Of a stretch of 32,000 nt of DNA, positions 1-9,713 are shown one piece after another. Both the position numbers and the translations under genes were made by a program. How positions within the stretch are numbered: the stretch's first letter is position 1; each line of letters opens with the position of its first letter. Below the pieces are notes generated by a model. It worked only from the letters and a program-made list of their open reading frames with translations, searched no databases and had not been told where the DNA came from. This DNA is from an uncultured Opitutales bacterium (GTDB taxonomy: Bacteria > Verrucomicrobiota > Verrucomicrobiia > Opitutales > UBA9783), in NCBI GenBank assembly GCA_934691225.1, contig CAKUSQ010000001.1:450001-482000 (forward strand), in the 5' to 3' direction.

Positions 1-53
1 TTGCTCCAACTCGTTCATTTAAATCTCATAATCCTCATACGCAGAAAGCCTAA
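1..53 (+). CDS. rpsS: 30S ribosomal protein S19, 3' end (partial, 5' end outside window)
   Basis: Frame 3 reads ..APTRSFKSHNPHTQKA*, matching the conserved S19 C-terminal (F)APTR region. The stop TAA at 51-53 overlaps the rplV ATG (TAATG). The position upstream of L22 fits S10-operon order. Confidence 0.75.
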   Translation, partial: APTRSFKSHNPHTQKA

Positions 54-412
54 TGAAAGTACAAGCTTTAACAAAAAATGTTAGAATTTCTCCGCTAAAA
101 TTGAGAGCTTTGGCGAAGGGATTAAGTGGTATGTCCGCTAGAATAGCTTTGCAGACGTTGAGATGGATTCCTCGTAAATCAGCACGTTTGATTTCAAAAA
201 CATTGAAAAGTGCAATTGCAAATGCGGAAAATAATTTTAATTTGCCAGTAGATCAGTTATCGATTTATGAAATTGCTGTTGATGATTGTGCGGCTATAAA
301 ACGTTTTCAGCCGGTATCAAGAGGATCTGCTCATCCAATAAGAAAACGTACAAGTCGTATTAAAATAGTATTGACTTCAGGAGAGCAAAACGAACAGGAT
401 CATAAGGAATAA
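53..412 (+). CDS. rplV: 50S ribosomal protein L22
   Basis: The 119-aa ORF has the L22 motifs SAIANAENN and KRTSRI. Synteny is S19-L22-S3. Confidence 0.93.
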   Translation: MKVQALTKNVRISPLKLRALAKGLSGMSARIALQTLRWIPRKSARLISKTLKSAIANAENNFNLPVDQLSIYEIAVDDCAAIKRFQPVSRGSAHPIRKRTSRIKIVLTSGEQNEQDHKE

Positions 413-415
413 AAT

Positions 416-1036
416 ATGGGACAAAAGATAAATCCGATAGGTTTTCGTTTGCCGATTCGTCGTGATTGGCGTTCTCGTTGGTATGCTGCTGGTGAAAATT
501 ATGCCTCATGGGTTGCAGAAGATTTTAAGATTCGTAATTTTTTGCAAAAAAAATTGAGGTATGCATCGGTACAAGATGTTATATTGGAACGAGCAGGTTC
601 TAGAATTCGTATTACAATTCTTAGTGGACGTCCAGGGGTGATTATCGGACGTAAAGGTCAAGAGTTGGATAAAGTGAAGGAACAACTTCATTCCTTGGTT
701 AAAAAGGATATTTTGTTGGATGTTCAAGAATTAAAAAAGCCTGATTTAATTGCTCCATTAATTGCGGAAAGTGTTGCTTTACAATTAGAACGTCGTGTTT
801 CTTTTAGGCGTGCTATGAAAAAGGCTGTTCAGTTAGCTATGAGCATGGGAGCTAAAGGAATTCGCTTGCAGTGTTCAGGACGTTTAGGGGGGGCTGAAAT
901 TGCTCGTACAGAATCTCAACGTGCAGGTTCGGTTCCATTGCATACTTTGCGTGCCAATGTTGATTATGGTTTCAATGAAGCTCATACGGTTTATGGTATC
1001 ATTGGAATTAAGTGTTGGGTTTGTCGTTCGGAATAG
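416..1036 (+). CDS. rpsC: 30S ribosomal protein S3
   Basis: The N-terminus MGQKINPIGFRL and the KH-domain region GRPGVIIGRKG are typical of S3. Confidence 0.95.
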   Translation: MGQKINPIGFRLPIRRDWRSRWYAAGENYASWVAEDFKIRNFLQKKLRYASVQDVILERAGSRIRITILSGRPGVIIGRKGQELDKVKEQLHSLVKKDILLDVQELKKPDLIAPLIAESVALQLERRVSFRRAMKKAVQLAMSMGAKGIRLQCSGRLGGAEIARTESQRAGSVPLHTLRANVDYGFNEAHTVYGIIGIKCWVCRSE

Positions 1037-1051
1037 TTAGAGAGGATTATT

Positions 1052-1483
1052 ATGGCAATTTTACTTCCAGCAAGAACGAAATATCGTAAGGTACAAAAGG
1101 GTCGTATTTATGGTAATGCTAAGGGTGGTGCTGAGCTAGCTTTCGGTGATTTTGGTATCCAAGTTTTAGAAAGAGGTCGTATCACTGCCGCACAATTAGA
1201 AGCGGCTCGTGTGGCAATCAATCGTCATTTGAAGCGTAAAGGAAAAATGTGGATGCGTGTTTTCCCTCATAAGCCTATCACTCGTAAACCTGCTGAAACA
1301 CGTATGGGTAAAGGTAAAGGTAGCGTAGAATATTGGGTTACAGTTGCCAAGCCAGGAGTAATTTTATTCGAAATTGCTGGTGTTTCGTTGGCTATTGCAA
1401 GAGAGGCTATGGCATTAGCAGATCGAAAATTAGGTTTGCGTTGTCGTTTTCTTAGCAGAGAAGCTTTATTGGAGCGGTTCTAA
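1052..1483 (+). CDS. rplP: 50S ribosomal protein L16
   Basis: The RTKYRKVQKGR and RMGKGKG motifs are present. Synteny is S3-L16-L29. Confidence 0.95.
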   Translation: MAILLPARTKYRKVQKGRIYGNAKGGAELAFGDFGIQVLERGRITAAQLEAARVAINRHLKRKGKMWMRVFPHKPITRKPAETRMGKGKGSVEYWVTVAKPGVILFEIAGVSLAIAREAMALADRKLGLRCRFLSREALLERF

Positions 1484-1495
1484 AAAAGGATGTTT

Positions 1496-1684
1496 ATGAA
1501 AATGAAAGATATTTTAAAGTTGACACCTGAAGAAATGCGCGCGAAATTAATTGCATTATCACAGCAATATTTGGATTTACGCATGAAAAAACAATCAGGT
1601 CAATTAAAAACACCTTCTGAAATTCGCACGTTACATAAAGATATGGCTCGAATTCACTGTGCTTTGTCTCGTAGATCCTCATAA
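1496..1684 (+). CDS. rpmC: 50S ribosomal protein L29
   Basis: The small ORF (LRMKKQSGQLKTPSEIR) is L29-like. ATGs lie at 1490, 1496 and 1502. I chose 1496 because AAGGA at 1486-1490 gives about 5 nt spacing; the start is uncertain by +/-6 nt. Confidence 0.85.
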   Translation: MKMKDILKLTPEEMRAKLIALSQQYLDLRMKKQSGQLKTPSEIRTLHKDMARIHCALSRRSS

Positions 1685-1703
1685 AAGTGTAAGGTCAAGT
1701 ACT

Positions 1704-1973
1704 ATGGAAAATTTAGAAAAAAGAACACAACGTAAGTCGCTTGTTGGTGTTGTTGAGAGTCGTTCTGGAGATAAATCTATAAAAGTGGTTTTCTTTTATA
1801 AAAAACCACATGCCCTTTTTAAAAAGGAAATTAAACGTAAAACCGTATTACATGTACATGATGCTGATAACATTTGTAATGTGGGAGATAAAGTTGAGAT
1901 CATGTCAACACGTCCTTTGAGTCATTTAAAGCGTTGGCGTGTTGTGCGTGTGTTAGAAAAAGCGCGGTCATAA
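1704..1973 (+). CDS. rpsQ: 30S ribosomal protein S17
   Basis: [19 protein letters not shown] resembles the S17 N-terminal region. I took the ATG at 1704 rather than the track start at 1659, which overlaps rpmC by 26 nt and adds non-S17 residues. Confidence 0.9.
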   Translation: MENLEKRTQRKSLVGVVESRSGDKSIKVVFFYKKPHALFKKEIKRKTVLHVHDADNICNVGDKVEIMSTRPLSHLKRWRVVRVLEKARS

Positions 1974-1992
1974 TAAACGGAGTACAAATGAT

Positions 1993-2358
1993 ATGTTGCA
2001 AATGAATAGTGTGATGGTTGTGGCGGATAATACTGGGGCAAAAACGGTAGCCATGATTCGTCGTTTAGGTCAGCTTAGTCGTACAGCTCAAGTCGGGGAT
2101 ATCATTATTGGTTCTGTTAAAGAAAGTACGCCTGAAGCTACAGTAAAAAAGGGAAGTGTTGTCCGTGCTGTTATTGTTAGAACTAAAAACGCTATTGCGC
2201 GTGAAGATGGTTCCTACCTAAGGTTTGATAATAATGCATGTGTTATTATTGATGCAAATAATAATCCTAAAGGAACACGTGTTTTTGGTCCTGTTGCGCG
2301 TGAGTTACGGCAGAAAAATTTTATGAAAATTATTTCTTTGGCTCCGGAGGTTTTATAA
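1993..2358 (+). CDS. rplN: 50S ribosomal protein L14
   Basis: VADNTGAK is present and the sequence is full-length L14-like (121 aa). Confidence 0.95.
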   Translation: MLQMNSVMVVADNTGAKTVAMIRRLGQLSRTAQVGDIIIGSVKESTPEATVKKGSVVRAVIVRTKNAIAREDGSYLRFDNNACVIIDANNNPKGTRVFGPVARELRQKNFMKIISLAPEVL

Positions 2359-2621
2359 TGAAATATAAAGTTAAGAGAGATACTGAAGTTGTGGTTATTT
2401 CTGGCGAACATAAAGGAAAACGCGGAAAAGTATTAAAGGTTCTTCGTGACTCTCAAAAAGTAATTATTGAAGGTGTAAATTTACATAAAAAGTGTGTAAA
2501 AAAGACGCAAGATAATCCTAAGGGAAGCATTATTGAGAAAGAAATGCCTATACATTATTCCAATGTAAAAGTGATTGTTCCAGATAATGTAACAAAGGAA
2601 GCTGTTGAGCAAGGACAATGA
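2358..2621 (+). CDS. rplX: 50S ribosomal protein L24
   Basis: The KOW-type N-terminus VKRDTEVVVISGEHKGKRGKV is present. There is a 1-nt overlap with the rplN stop (TAATG). Confidence 0.9.
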   Translation: MKYKVKRDTEVVVISGEHKGKRGKVLKVLRDSQKVIIEGVNLHKKCVKKTQDNPKGSIIEKEMPIHYSNVKVIVPDNVTKEAVEQGQ

Positions 2622-3169
2622 TTATGGATAAAATGCCTGTTTTAAAAGAAATATATTTGAAGCAAGTTGTTCCTGCTTTAATAAAGGAATTAGAGTGTAA
2701 AAATGTGCACGTAGTTCCAAAAGTTGAAAAAGTGGTTTTAAATTCGCGCATTGATGCTGATTTAGATAAAGCTCACATTGAGCAGTTGGTTAAGGAAATG
2801 GGTTTGATTGCCGGACAAAAGCCGTTAGTTACAAAGGCTAAAAAAAGTATATCTAATTTTAAACTTCGTCAAGGTGTTCCGGCCGGAGTTAAGGTTACTT
2901 TGCGTGGTAATCGTATGTATGATTTTTTGTATCGTCTGATTAATATTGCATTACCAGTAATTCGTGATTTTCGTGGTGTTTCTAAGAAAATGGACAAACA
3001 TGGAAATTTGAATATAGGAATTGCAGATCATACAATTTTCCCAGAAATAAAAGTTGAAACAAGCAATCGGCAAAATGTTGGTTTGGACATTGCGATTGTT
3101 ACGACAACAAATTGCGATAAACAAGCTTTATTGTTGTTAGAAAAATTAGGAATGGCGTTTAGAAAATAA
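2618..3169 (+). CDS. rplE: 50S ribosomal protein L5
   Basis: The L5 motifs [10 protein letters not shown] and FRG are present. The ATGA overlap with the rplX stop gives start 2618. In-frame ATGs at 2624 and 2633 are also plausible, and 2633 gives an N-terminus the same length as E. coli L5. Confidence 0.92.
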   Translation: MIMDKMPVLKEIYLKQVVPALIKELECKNVHVVPKVEKVVLNSRIDADLDKAHIEQLVKEMGLIAGQKPLVTKAKKSISNFKLRQGVPAGVKVTLRGNRMYDFLYRLINIALPVIRDFRGVSKKMDKHGNLNIGIADHTIFPEIKVETSNRQNVGLDIAIVTTTNCDKQALLLLEKLGMAFRK

Positions 3170-3173
3170 TCAT

Positions 3174-3479
3174 ATGGCTAAAAAATCTTCTATCGAACGT
3201 AATGAGCACCGTGCTCATTTGATTCAAAAGCATTTAGCGAAACGTAAAGAATTGAAGGCTAAGATTTTAAATCCAAAAACAACGGATGATGAATTTTATG
3301 CGGCTCAACGTGAGTTAGCACTTTTGCCACGTAATTCTTCTCCAGTTAGGTATCGCAATCGATGTGCGGTTACAGGACGTTCTCGCGGTTATTTCGGAAA
3401 ATTTGGTGTTTCGCGTCTTACTTTGCGTGAACTTGCATTAAAAGGCGTATTGCCAGGTGTAACAAAAGCCTCATGGTAA
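3174..3479 (+). CDS. rpsN: 30S ribosomal protein S14 (long, non-zinc form)
   Basis: The 101-aa ORF has the [21 protein letters not shown] motif with a single Cys, so it lacks the CxxC pairs of the short zinc form. Confidence 0.92.
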   Translation: MAKKSSIERNEHRAHLIQKHLAKRKELKAKILNPKTTDDEFYAAQRELALLPRNSSPVRYRNRCAVTGRSRGYFGKFGVSRLTLRELALKGVLPGVTKASW

Positions 3480-3485
3480 AAAATT

Positions 3486-3875
3486 ATGGATACAATAGGT
3501 GATTTTTTAACGATTATTCGTAACGCAAGTCGTGCACGTAAGGTAGATTGTATTGTTGCTTTTTCAAATATGCGAAAAGCAATAGCTTTGGTTTTGAAAG
3601 ATCAAGGTTATATTGCTGAGGTAAAAGAATCTACTTCGGAAGCAGGATTTAAAACGTTAATCATTCGGTTAAAATATGTTAAAGGGGTGCCTGCGTTAAA
3701 TATGCTTAAGCGCTGCAGTACACCAGGTGCGCGTTGGTATGTAAATTCTCAACAAATTCCTAGCGTTTTAAGTGGTTTGGGAATTTGTATACTATCAACT
3801 TCAAAAGGTGTTTTGACGGGTGGACAGGCTAAGGCACAAAGTGTTGGCGGAGAATTAATTTGTAAGGTGTGGTGA
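3486..3875 (+). CDS. rpsH: 30S ribosomal protein S8
   Basis: The N-terminus DTIGDFLTIIRNA and the C-terminus GGELICKVW are typical of S8. Confidence 0.93.
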   Translation: MDTIGDFLTIIRNASRARKVDCIVAFSNMRKAIALVLKDQGYIAEVKESTSEAGFKTLIIRLKYVKGVPALNMLKRCSTPGARWYVNSQQIPSVLSGLGICILSTSKGVLTGGQAKAQSVGGELICKVW

Positions 3876-3879
3876 AGCG

Positions 3880-4416
3880 ATGAGTAGAATTGGAAAATTA
3901 CCTATTGTATTAGGAGATGCAATTCAGGTTACAATTGCAGATATGACAGTTACCGTTAAGGGGCCTAAAGGAGAATTAACAAAAACATTTGCTCCGTGTG
4001 TTAATATTAAACAGGAAGCGAATCAGATTTTTGTTGAGCCAGCTAATGAAGAACGTTTTTCTTTAGCAATGCATGGTACGGTTAGGGCTATCATTGCCAA
4101 CATGGTGAAAGGGGTACAAACTCATTTTTCAAAAGATCTGGAGATTCAGGGTGTTGGTTTTAAGGCAGTTTTAAATGGAAAAATTTTAGATTTAGCTTTG
4201 GGATATTCTCATCCAATTAAGTATGAAATTCCTGAAGGTATTACAGTACAAATCAAGGATGGTACACAAATTCATATTGAAGGTGCAGATCGTTGTATGG
4301 TTGGACAGGTAGCTGCTGATATAAAAAGATATTATCCTGTTGAACCTTATAAAGGTAAGGGTGTTCGTATCATTGGTGAATTTATTCGTCGTAAAGAAGG
4401 AAAGAAGAAAGCATAA
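3880..4416 (+). CDS. rplF: 50S ribosomal protein L6
   Basis: MSRIGKLPI and the VTVKGPKGEL motif are present. Confidence 0.93.
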   Translation: MSRIGKLPIVLGDAIQVTIADMTVTVKGPKGELTKTFAPCVNIKQEANQIFVEPANEERFSLAMHGTVRAIIANMVKGVQTHFSKDLEIQGVGFKAVLNGKILDLALGYSHPIKYEIPEGITVQIKDGTQIHIEGADRCMVGQVAADIKRYYPVEPYKGKGVRIIGEFIRRKEGKKKA

Positions 4417-4421
4417 AAGTT

Positions 4422-4784
4422 ATGAAGTTAATTGAAAAGCAAAGATTGGAAAAGAATCGTCGTTTGCGTATTCGTTCTCGTGTGAAAGGTACAGCTGAGC
4501 GTCCACGGTTGACTTTGTGCTTGTCTAATAAACATGCCTATGCCCAATGCGTTAATGACGATGAAGGTAGGACGTTAACAGCACTTTCTTCGTTGTCTAA
4601 AAACTTAAAAAGCCAGCACATCAAACCTAATCGTTTAGGATTAGAAGTTTTAGGTAAGTTGTTTGGTTCTCTTTTGAAAGAAAAAGGAGTTAATCAGGTT
4701 GTTTTTGATCGTGCTGGGCGTGCTTATTTTGGTTGTGTGCAGGTTTTTGCTGATGCGGTTCGTTCACAGGGTATTAATTTTTAA
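4422..4784 (+). CDS. rplR: 50S ribosomal protein L18
   Basis: RLRIRSRVKGTAERPRL is present, with FDRAG near the C-terminus. Synteny is L6-L18-S5. Confidence 0.9.
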   Translation: MKLIEKQRLEKNRRLRIRSRVKGTAERPRLTLCLSNKHAYAQCVNDDEGRTLTALSSLSKNLKSQHIKPNRLGLEVLGKLFGSLLKEKGVNQVVFDRAGRAYFGCVQVFADAVRSQGINF

Positions 4785-4796
4785 AGTTAGAATTTT

Positions 4797-5360
4797 ATGG
4801 TTGTAAAAGCTCAAGAGGAAAACAATTTAGGGCAAAACTTAGATTTTTTGACAGAAAAGCAGGAATTGTTAATTACTGAACCTATAGAAAATTGGACAGA
4901 AAAAGTTGTTCATATTAATCGGTGTGCTAAGGTTGTAAAGGGTGGTCGTCGTTTTAGTTTTTCTGTTCTTGTGGTTGCAGGGAATAAGGCGGGGCTTATT
5001 GGTTTAGGTCTTGGAAAAGCCAAAGAAGTTTCGGATGCAATTCGGAAAGCAAGTGAGAATGCTAAGAAACGAGTTTATCGTGTTTCTCTATTGAATAATA
5101 CGATTCCTCATGTTGTTTTGGGTGAATCAGGTGGTGGACGTGTCATTTTAAAACCGGCTTGTCCTGGTACAGGTGTTATCGCTGGAGGTGGTGTTCGTGC
5201 TGTTTTAGAAATGGTTGGCTTAAAAGATGTTTTATCTAAGTCATTAGGTTCAAATAATCATTTATCCATGGTGCGTTCTACCATTGATGCACTTTTAAAA
5301 TTACGTACGAAAAAGCAGATTAATGCTATACGTTCTGCCGAAGGTGATTTAGTTGCTTAA
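4797..5360 (+). CDS. rpsE: 30S ribosomal protein S5 (about 20-aa N-terminal extension)
   Basis: INRCAKVVKGGRRFSF and GTGVIAGGGVRAVLE are S5 core motifs. Confidence 0.93.
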   Translation: MVVKAQEENNLGQNLDFLTEKQELLITEPIENWTEKVVHINRCAKVVKGGRRFSFSVLVVAGNKAGLIGLGLGKAKEVSDAIRKASENAKKRVYRVSLLNNTIPHVVLGESGGGRVILKPACPGTGVIAGGGVRAVLEMVGLKDVLSKSLGSNNHLSMVRSTIDALLKLRTKKQINAIRSAEGDLVA

Positions 5361-5371
5361 GAGGTTTTATT

Positions 5372-5818
5372 ATGAAATTAAATAATTTGCCATCAACAAA
5401 AAATCGATTGTTAAAAAGTAAACGACTAGGTTGCGGAAAAGGAAGTGGTCACGGTAAGACTTCTTCACGCGGAAATAAAGGTGGAAATGCCCGTTCAGGT
5501 TATTCTACACCTAAAAGTTTTTCTGGAATTCCGTGGTATCGTAAATTCCCTAAACGTGGGTTTAATAATAGTAAGTTTAAAACGTGTTACAATATTATTA
5601 ATTTAGGGGTATTGGATAAGGTTTTGCCAGAAGATTTTTCTTCAATCGTTGACAATAATACGTTACTAGAATTTGGTCTTATTAAAAATGTCGCATTGCC
5701 TATAAAATTATTAGGAAATGGTGACTGGAAAAGATCTTTGTCATTTTCTATTGCAAAAATTACTGAAGGTGCAAAAGCAAAGATCGAAGCTGCAGGTGGA
5801 AAAATTTTAGAAGCTTAG
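5372..5818 (+). CDS. rplO: 50S ribosomal protein L15
   Basis: The Gly/Lys/Arg-rich N-terminus KRLGCGKGSGHGKTSSRG is L15-like. It follows S5 directly, with no L30 gene between them. Confidence 0.9.
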   Translation: MKLNNLPSTKNRLLKSKRLGCGKGSGHGKTSSRGNKGGNARSGYSTPKSFSGIPWYRKFPKRGFNNSKFKTCYNIINLGVLDKVLPEDFSSIVDNNTLLEFGLIKNVALPIKLLGNGDWKRSLSFSIAKITEGAKAKIEAAGGKILEA

Positions 5819-5828
5819 AAAATAGATT

Positions 5829-7343
5829 ATGTTAGCTGCCTTTGTGAATTGTTTTAGAATTCCGGAATTAAAACAACGAATTTTATTTACATTATCTTTG
5901 TTGTTTGTTGCTAGAATTGGTTGTAATATTCCTTTGCCTGGAATTGATCCTTTGCCTTTAAAAACATTTTTTGAATCTCAAAAAATGTTAGGCGGTGGTC
6001 AGTTGGTTGGATTGTACAATTTATTCACAGGAGGTGCTTTTTTAAAAGGAGCTATTTTTGGTTTGGGCGTGATGCCTTACATTAGTGCTTCTATTATTTT
6101 TCAGTTGTTAGGAGCCATGTTACCTTCATTGGCTAAATTACAACAAGAAGGAGAATTTGGACGTCAGCGATTAATGCAATATACACGATATTTAACTTTG
6201 GGTATTTGTTTTATTCAAGGTTGGTTGTTGGTTATGGCTTTGACAAACTATCCAGATAAATTGTTCCCTGGATTTGATGCAAACACTTACGGTTCTATCG
6301 CTTTGCATAATGGTTTTTGGTTTCTTTTTCTCTGCACATTGCTATTATCAGCTGGTACTATGATTTTAACATGGTTAGGGGAACAAATTACACAGCGTGG
6401 TATAGGAAATGGTGTTTCTTTGTTAATCACAGTGGGTATTTTGTCCGGATTGCCTCAAAGTTTATACCTCTTTGGTAAGTTATTTACAACGCCTTTGGGG
6501 GTTGACGATGGTTTGCGTTTTGGTTGGTTGCAAGGTGTTTTGATGATTAGCTTGTTGTTTGTAGTTATTGCTGGTATGGTTGCCGTTACACAGGCACAGC
6601 GAAAAATTGTTGTTCAATACGCAAAGCGTTTGATTGGTCGAAAAATGTATGGAGGGCAAAGTTCGTTTTTACCTTTAAAAGTTAACTATGCGGGTGTTAT
6701 GCCGGTTATTTTTGCCAGTGCTTTGCTGATGTTTCCTCAACAGTTGTTAGCTTATTTGGGAGCAGCTTTTGGTATTTCTTCATTTCAACGTTGGTCTATG
6801 GTTCTTGTACAAGGGTCAGGTTTGTATTACACGATTTATGGTTTGCTTATTTTAGGTTTCAGCTACTTTTGGGTTTCTATTATGTTTAAACCTTTGCAAA
6901 TCGCTGATGAACTCAAGAAAAATGGTGGATATATTCCAGGAATACGTCCAGGAAATTGTACGGCCCAATTTTTAGACTTTGTGATGACGCGTTTGACGTT
7001 AGCAGGAGCATTATTTTTGACTATTATTGCGTTATTTCCAGATGTTTTGTATTTTATATACAAAATTCCTTATCGTGTTGCTTTGTTTTTTGGAGGAACA
7101 GGTACGTTAATTACAGTGGGTGTTTTATTGGATACGATGAAACAATTGGAGACGCACTTGTTGCAAAGAAATTACGATGGTTTTTTGTCAAAAGGTGTTT
7201 TGCGAGGACGTTTCGCTTTTGCTTCCCAGTTTCAAAAATTGGTAAGTACAGAGGATAAAAGTATCCGTTATTTGTGGATAGTGGTTGTCACTTTGTTTGT
7301 ACTTGGATTTTTTGCTTGGGGTTGCAATTGTTACTTTTTTTAA
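5829..7343 (+). CDS. secY: Preprotein translocase subunit SecY (504 aa, extended C-terminus)
   Basis: This is a polytopic protein with SecY motifs (GIMPYISASII-like GVMPYISASIIFQLL, and GGTGTLITVGVLLDT). It sits at the end of the spc cluster. Confidence 0.93.
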   Translation: MLAAFVNCFRIPELKQRILFTLSLLFVARIGCNIPLPGIDPLPLKTFFESQKMLGGGQLVGLYNLFTGGAFLKGAIFGLGVMPYISASIIFQLLGAMLPSLAKLQQEGEFGRQRLMQYTRYLTLGICFIQGWLLVMALTNYPDKLFPGFDANTYGSIALHNGFWFLFLCTLLLSAGTMILTWLGEQITQRGIGNGVSLLITVGILSGLPQSLYLFGKLFTTPLGVDDGLRFGWLQGVLMISLLFVVIAGMVAVTQAQRKIVVQYAKRLIGRKMYGGQSSFLPLKVNYAGVMPVIFASALLMFPQQLLAYLGAAFGISSFQRWSMVLVQGSGLYYTIYGLLILGFSYFWVSIMFKPLQIADELKKNGGYIPGIRPGNCTAQFLDFVMTRLTLAGALFLTIIALFPDVLYFIYKIPYRVALFFGGTGTLITVGVLLDTMKQLETHLLQRNYDGFLSKGVLRGRFAFASQFQKLVSTEDKSIRYLWIVVVTLFVLGFFAWGCNCYFF

Positions 7344-7352
7344 AGGTTTATT

Positions 7353-8126
7353 GTGAGTAGAATTATTATAAAAACTGCTGATGAAATTGCCAAAATGCGT
7401 GAAGCTGGGCAGTGTGCGGCTTTTATTTTAGATAATGTGAAACATAAAGTTGTCCCAGGAATCAGTACTTTGGAATTGGATCATTTGGCCAAAGATGTTA
7501 TGGCTTCTATGGGTGCTATTAGTTCTGCTTATGGTTATGGAGAACCTAACAATCCGTTTCCTCGATATATTTGCATTTCTGTTAACAATGAGGTTGTTCA
7601 TGGTATTGGTCGAAAAGATATTCTTATTAAGGAAGGCGATATTGTAAGTTTAGATGTTGCTGTGAGTTATAATGGATTTGTTGGAGACAATACGGTAACC
7701 GTAGGTGTTGGTAAAATAACGGCGGAAAATCAAAAGTTATTGGATGTAACAGAGCAGGCTTTATATAAAGGTATTGATCAGGCAATTGAAGGAAATTGCG
7801 TGGGTGATATTTCTTGGGCTATACAATCTTGGGCTGAAAAAAATCATTTGGGTGTGGTTCGAGAATTAGTAGGGCACGGTGTTGGTCGAAATATGCATGA
7901 AGAACCTCAAGTGCCTAATGTCGGTAACCCGCATAAAGGACCTAAATTAAAGGCAGGTATGACGATAGCTGTAGAGCCGATGTTGACATTGGGGAAGCCG
8001 GATTTGTGCACATTGTCAGATGGTTGGACCATTGTAACCAGGGATGGTTGTTCAAGTGCACATTTTGAGCATACAATTTTAATTACAAAAGATTTACCAG
8101 AAATATTGACAAATTTAAAAAAATAA
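7353..8126 (+). CDS. map: Type I methionine aminopeptidase
   Basis: The start is GTG. MetAP motifs are present: the EIAKMREAG N-terminal region, VHGIG, DVAVSYNGFVGD, GHGVGRNMHEEP and HFEHT. Confidence 0.92.
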   Translation: MSRIIIKTADEIAKMREAGQCAAFILDNVKHKVVPGISTLELDHLAKDVMASMGAISSAYGYGEPNNPFPRYICISVNNEVVHGIGRKDILIKEGDIVSLDVAVSYNGFVGDNTVTVGVGKITAENQKLLDVTEQALYKGIDQAIEGNCVGDISWAIQSWAEKNHLGVVRELVGHGVGRNMHEEPQVPNVGNPHKGPKLKAGMTIAVEPMLTLGKPDLCTLSDGWTIVTRDGCSSAHFEHTILITKDLPEILTNLKK

Positions 8127-8166
8127 CTCAACTTTTTAATAATAGATAGAAATAGAATATAAAATT

Positions 8167-8544
8167 ATGCCACGTTTACTCGGAGTTGAAATACCAGGAA
8201 ATAAAAAATTGGCTTACTCATTGCGGTATGTATACGGCATTGGTTTAGCACGTGCGTTAGAGATTGTTCAAACTACGGGTTTGGATCCAGATAAACGTGC
8301 GCGTGATTTGAATGAAGAAGAGCTTAATAAAATCACAGAAGCTATTACTCGTGCAGGTTATAAGATCGAAGGTGATTTACGCCGTGAGATTGTTGGAAAT
8401 ATTAAGCGTTTACAAGCCATTCGTTGTTATCGTGGGCTTCGTCATTTGCGCGGGCTTCCCGTTCGTGGGCAACGCACAAGTACAAATGCACGTACGCGAA
8501 AAGGTGCTCGTAAAACAGTGGGTGTTGTAAGCAGTAAAAAATAG
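8167..8544 (+). CDS. rpsM: 30S ribosomal protein S13
   Basis: The [11 protein letters not shown]-terminus and the [15 protein letters not shown]-terminal region are present. Confidence 0.95.
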   Translation: MPRLLGVEIPGNKKLAYSLRYVYGIGLARALEIVQTTGLDPDKRARDLNEEELNKITEAITRAGYKIEGDLRREIVGNIKRLQAIRCYRGLRHLRGLPVRGQRTSTNARTRKGARKTVGVVSSKK

Positions 8545-8556
8545 GATTTGAGGTTT

Positions 8557-9069
8557 ATGTCAGAGGATTTGAAAACAGGAGTTCTGAATACGGAGGTTGA
8601 ACCTTCTAATTCAAAGGTAAATGTGGCGCCTGAAGGAGCTGAGAAGGAAACAGCTGATTCTTTATTAGCGCAAGAAGGTCTCGAAGGTGGTTTGAAGATA
8701 AAACGTGCTAAAGGTAGTAAAAACATAACAGTTGGTGTTTGTCACATTTTAGCTACATTTAATAATACAAAGGTCGTATTTTCCGATCCTAAAGGTGGCG
8801 TTTTATCTTGGTCAAGTTCAGGGCGTTGTAATTTCAAAGGATCTCGTAAGTCGACAGCATATGCAGCTCAAGTGGTTACCACAGAGGCAGCTAAAGTTGC
8901 TATGGGACATGGTTTAAGAGAGGTTGCTGTGGAAGTTAAAGGTCCTGGGATGGGACGTGATGCGGCTATTCGTACGTTGCAAACATTAGGTTTGGCAGTT
9001 TCTTCAATTAAGGATGTAACACCAGTGCCTCATAACGGTTGTCGTCCACCAAAACGTCGTAGAGTATAA
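8557..9069 (+). CDS. rpsK: 30S ribosomal protein S11 (about 40-aa acidic N-terminal extension)
   Basis: The core ([28 protein letters not shown]) is S11. I took the ATG at 8557 with upstream AGGA/GAGG; the track start at 8548 is a TTG. Confidence 0.92.
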   Translation: MSEDLKTGVLNTEVEPSNSKVNVAPEGAEKETADSLLAQEGLEGGLKIKRAKGSKNITVGVCHILATFNNTKVVFSDPKGGVLSWSSSGRCNFKGSRKSTAYAAQVVTTEAAKVAMGHGLREVAVEVKGPGMGRDAAIRTLQTLGLAVSSIKDVTPVPHNGCRPPKRRRV

Positions 9070-9089
9070 TTTTATTAGGAGTTTTTAAG

Positions 9090-9695
9090 ATGCGTTATAC
9101 AGGACCTACTACTCGAATCAATCGTCGTTTTAAAATGGGGATTTTCCCTATTACTAAAGCATATGAACGCAAGCCTTATTTGCCAGGCGTTCATGGAGCT
9201 CATTTAAAGCGTCGGGTCAGTGATTACTCTTTAGGTTTATGCGAAAAGCAAAAGCTTCGTTTCATGTTTGGTTTATCGGAAGCACAGTTTCGTTTGACAT
9301 TTGAAAAAGCGAAAAATGCACGCGGTGTTACAGGTGAAGTTTTTTTGCGTTTGTTAGAATGTCGTTTGGATAATGTTGTTTACTTAATGGGTTTTGGAAA
9401 AACTCGTCGAGCAGCACGTCAATTGGTTTGCCATGGACATGTGCGTGTAAATAGACAGAAAGTAAATATTCCAAGTTATTCTTGTTGTCCGGGAGATGTG
9501 ATATCAATGGGGGATGGTTTGTCGTCACGTCGTTTGGGAACTCGCGGTATAGATGAAACGCAAGGTCGCAATTGCCCTACTTGGTTGACAGTTCAAGCAG
9601 AGAATTTAAGTGGAACTGTTGATCGGTTGCCAATTCGTGAAGAAATGGTTTCTGATATAGATGAGCAATTGATAGTTGAGTTTTACAGTCGTTAA
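9090..9695 (+). CDS. rpsD: 30S ribosomal protein S4
   Basis: MRYTGPTTRINRR is present, and the S4 RNA-binding domain region reads RLDNVVYLMGFGKTRRAARQLVCHGHVRVN. Confidence 0.93.
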   Translation: MRYTGPTTRINRRFKMGIFPITKAYERKPYLPGVHGAHLKRRVSDYSLGLCEKQKLRFMFGLSEAQFRLTFEKAKNARGVTGEVFLRLLECRLDNVVYLMGFGKTRRAARQLVCHGHVRVNRQKVNIPSYSCCPGDVISMGDGLSSRRLGTRGIDETQGRNCPTWLTVQAENLSGTVDRLPIREEMVSDIDEQLIVEFYSR

Positions 9696-9713
9696 TTTTA
9701 TTGTTATTTTTTC

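Noticed and set aside
506-727. Antisense or alternate-frame ORFs of 60-137 aa inside well-supported genes. Examples are 506-727(-), 1494-1682(-), 2214-2411(-), 2548-2751(-), 6863-7063(-), 6956-7258(+), 7450-7647(+), 7907-8131(-), 8312-8530(+), 8442-8726(-), 9328-9528(-), 10385-10711(-), 13175-13399(+), 15328-15567(+), 23253-23528(-), 24059-24304(-), 25152-25565(-), 27204-27419(-), 28734-28940(+), 29033-29230(+), 29407-29643(+), 30807-31158(+) and 31621-31821(+).
   Set aside because: All lie fully within genes that have strong family motifs on the other strand or frame. Their sequences are low-complexity and rich in F, I, L, K and N, as expected from AT-rich DNA, and they carry no recognisable motifs.
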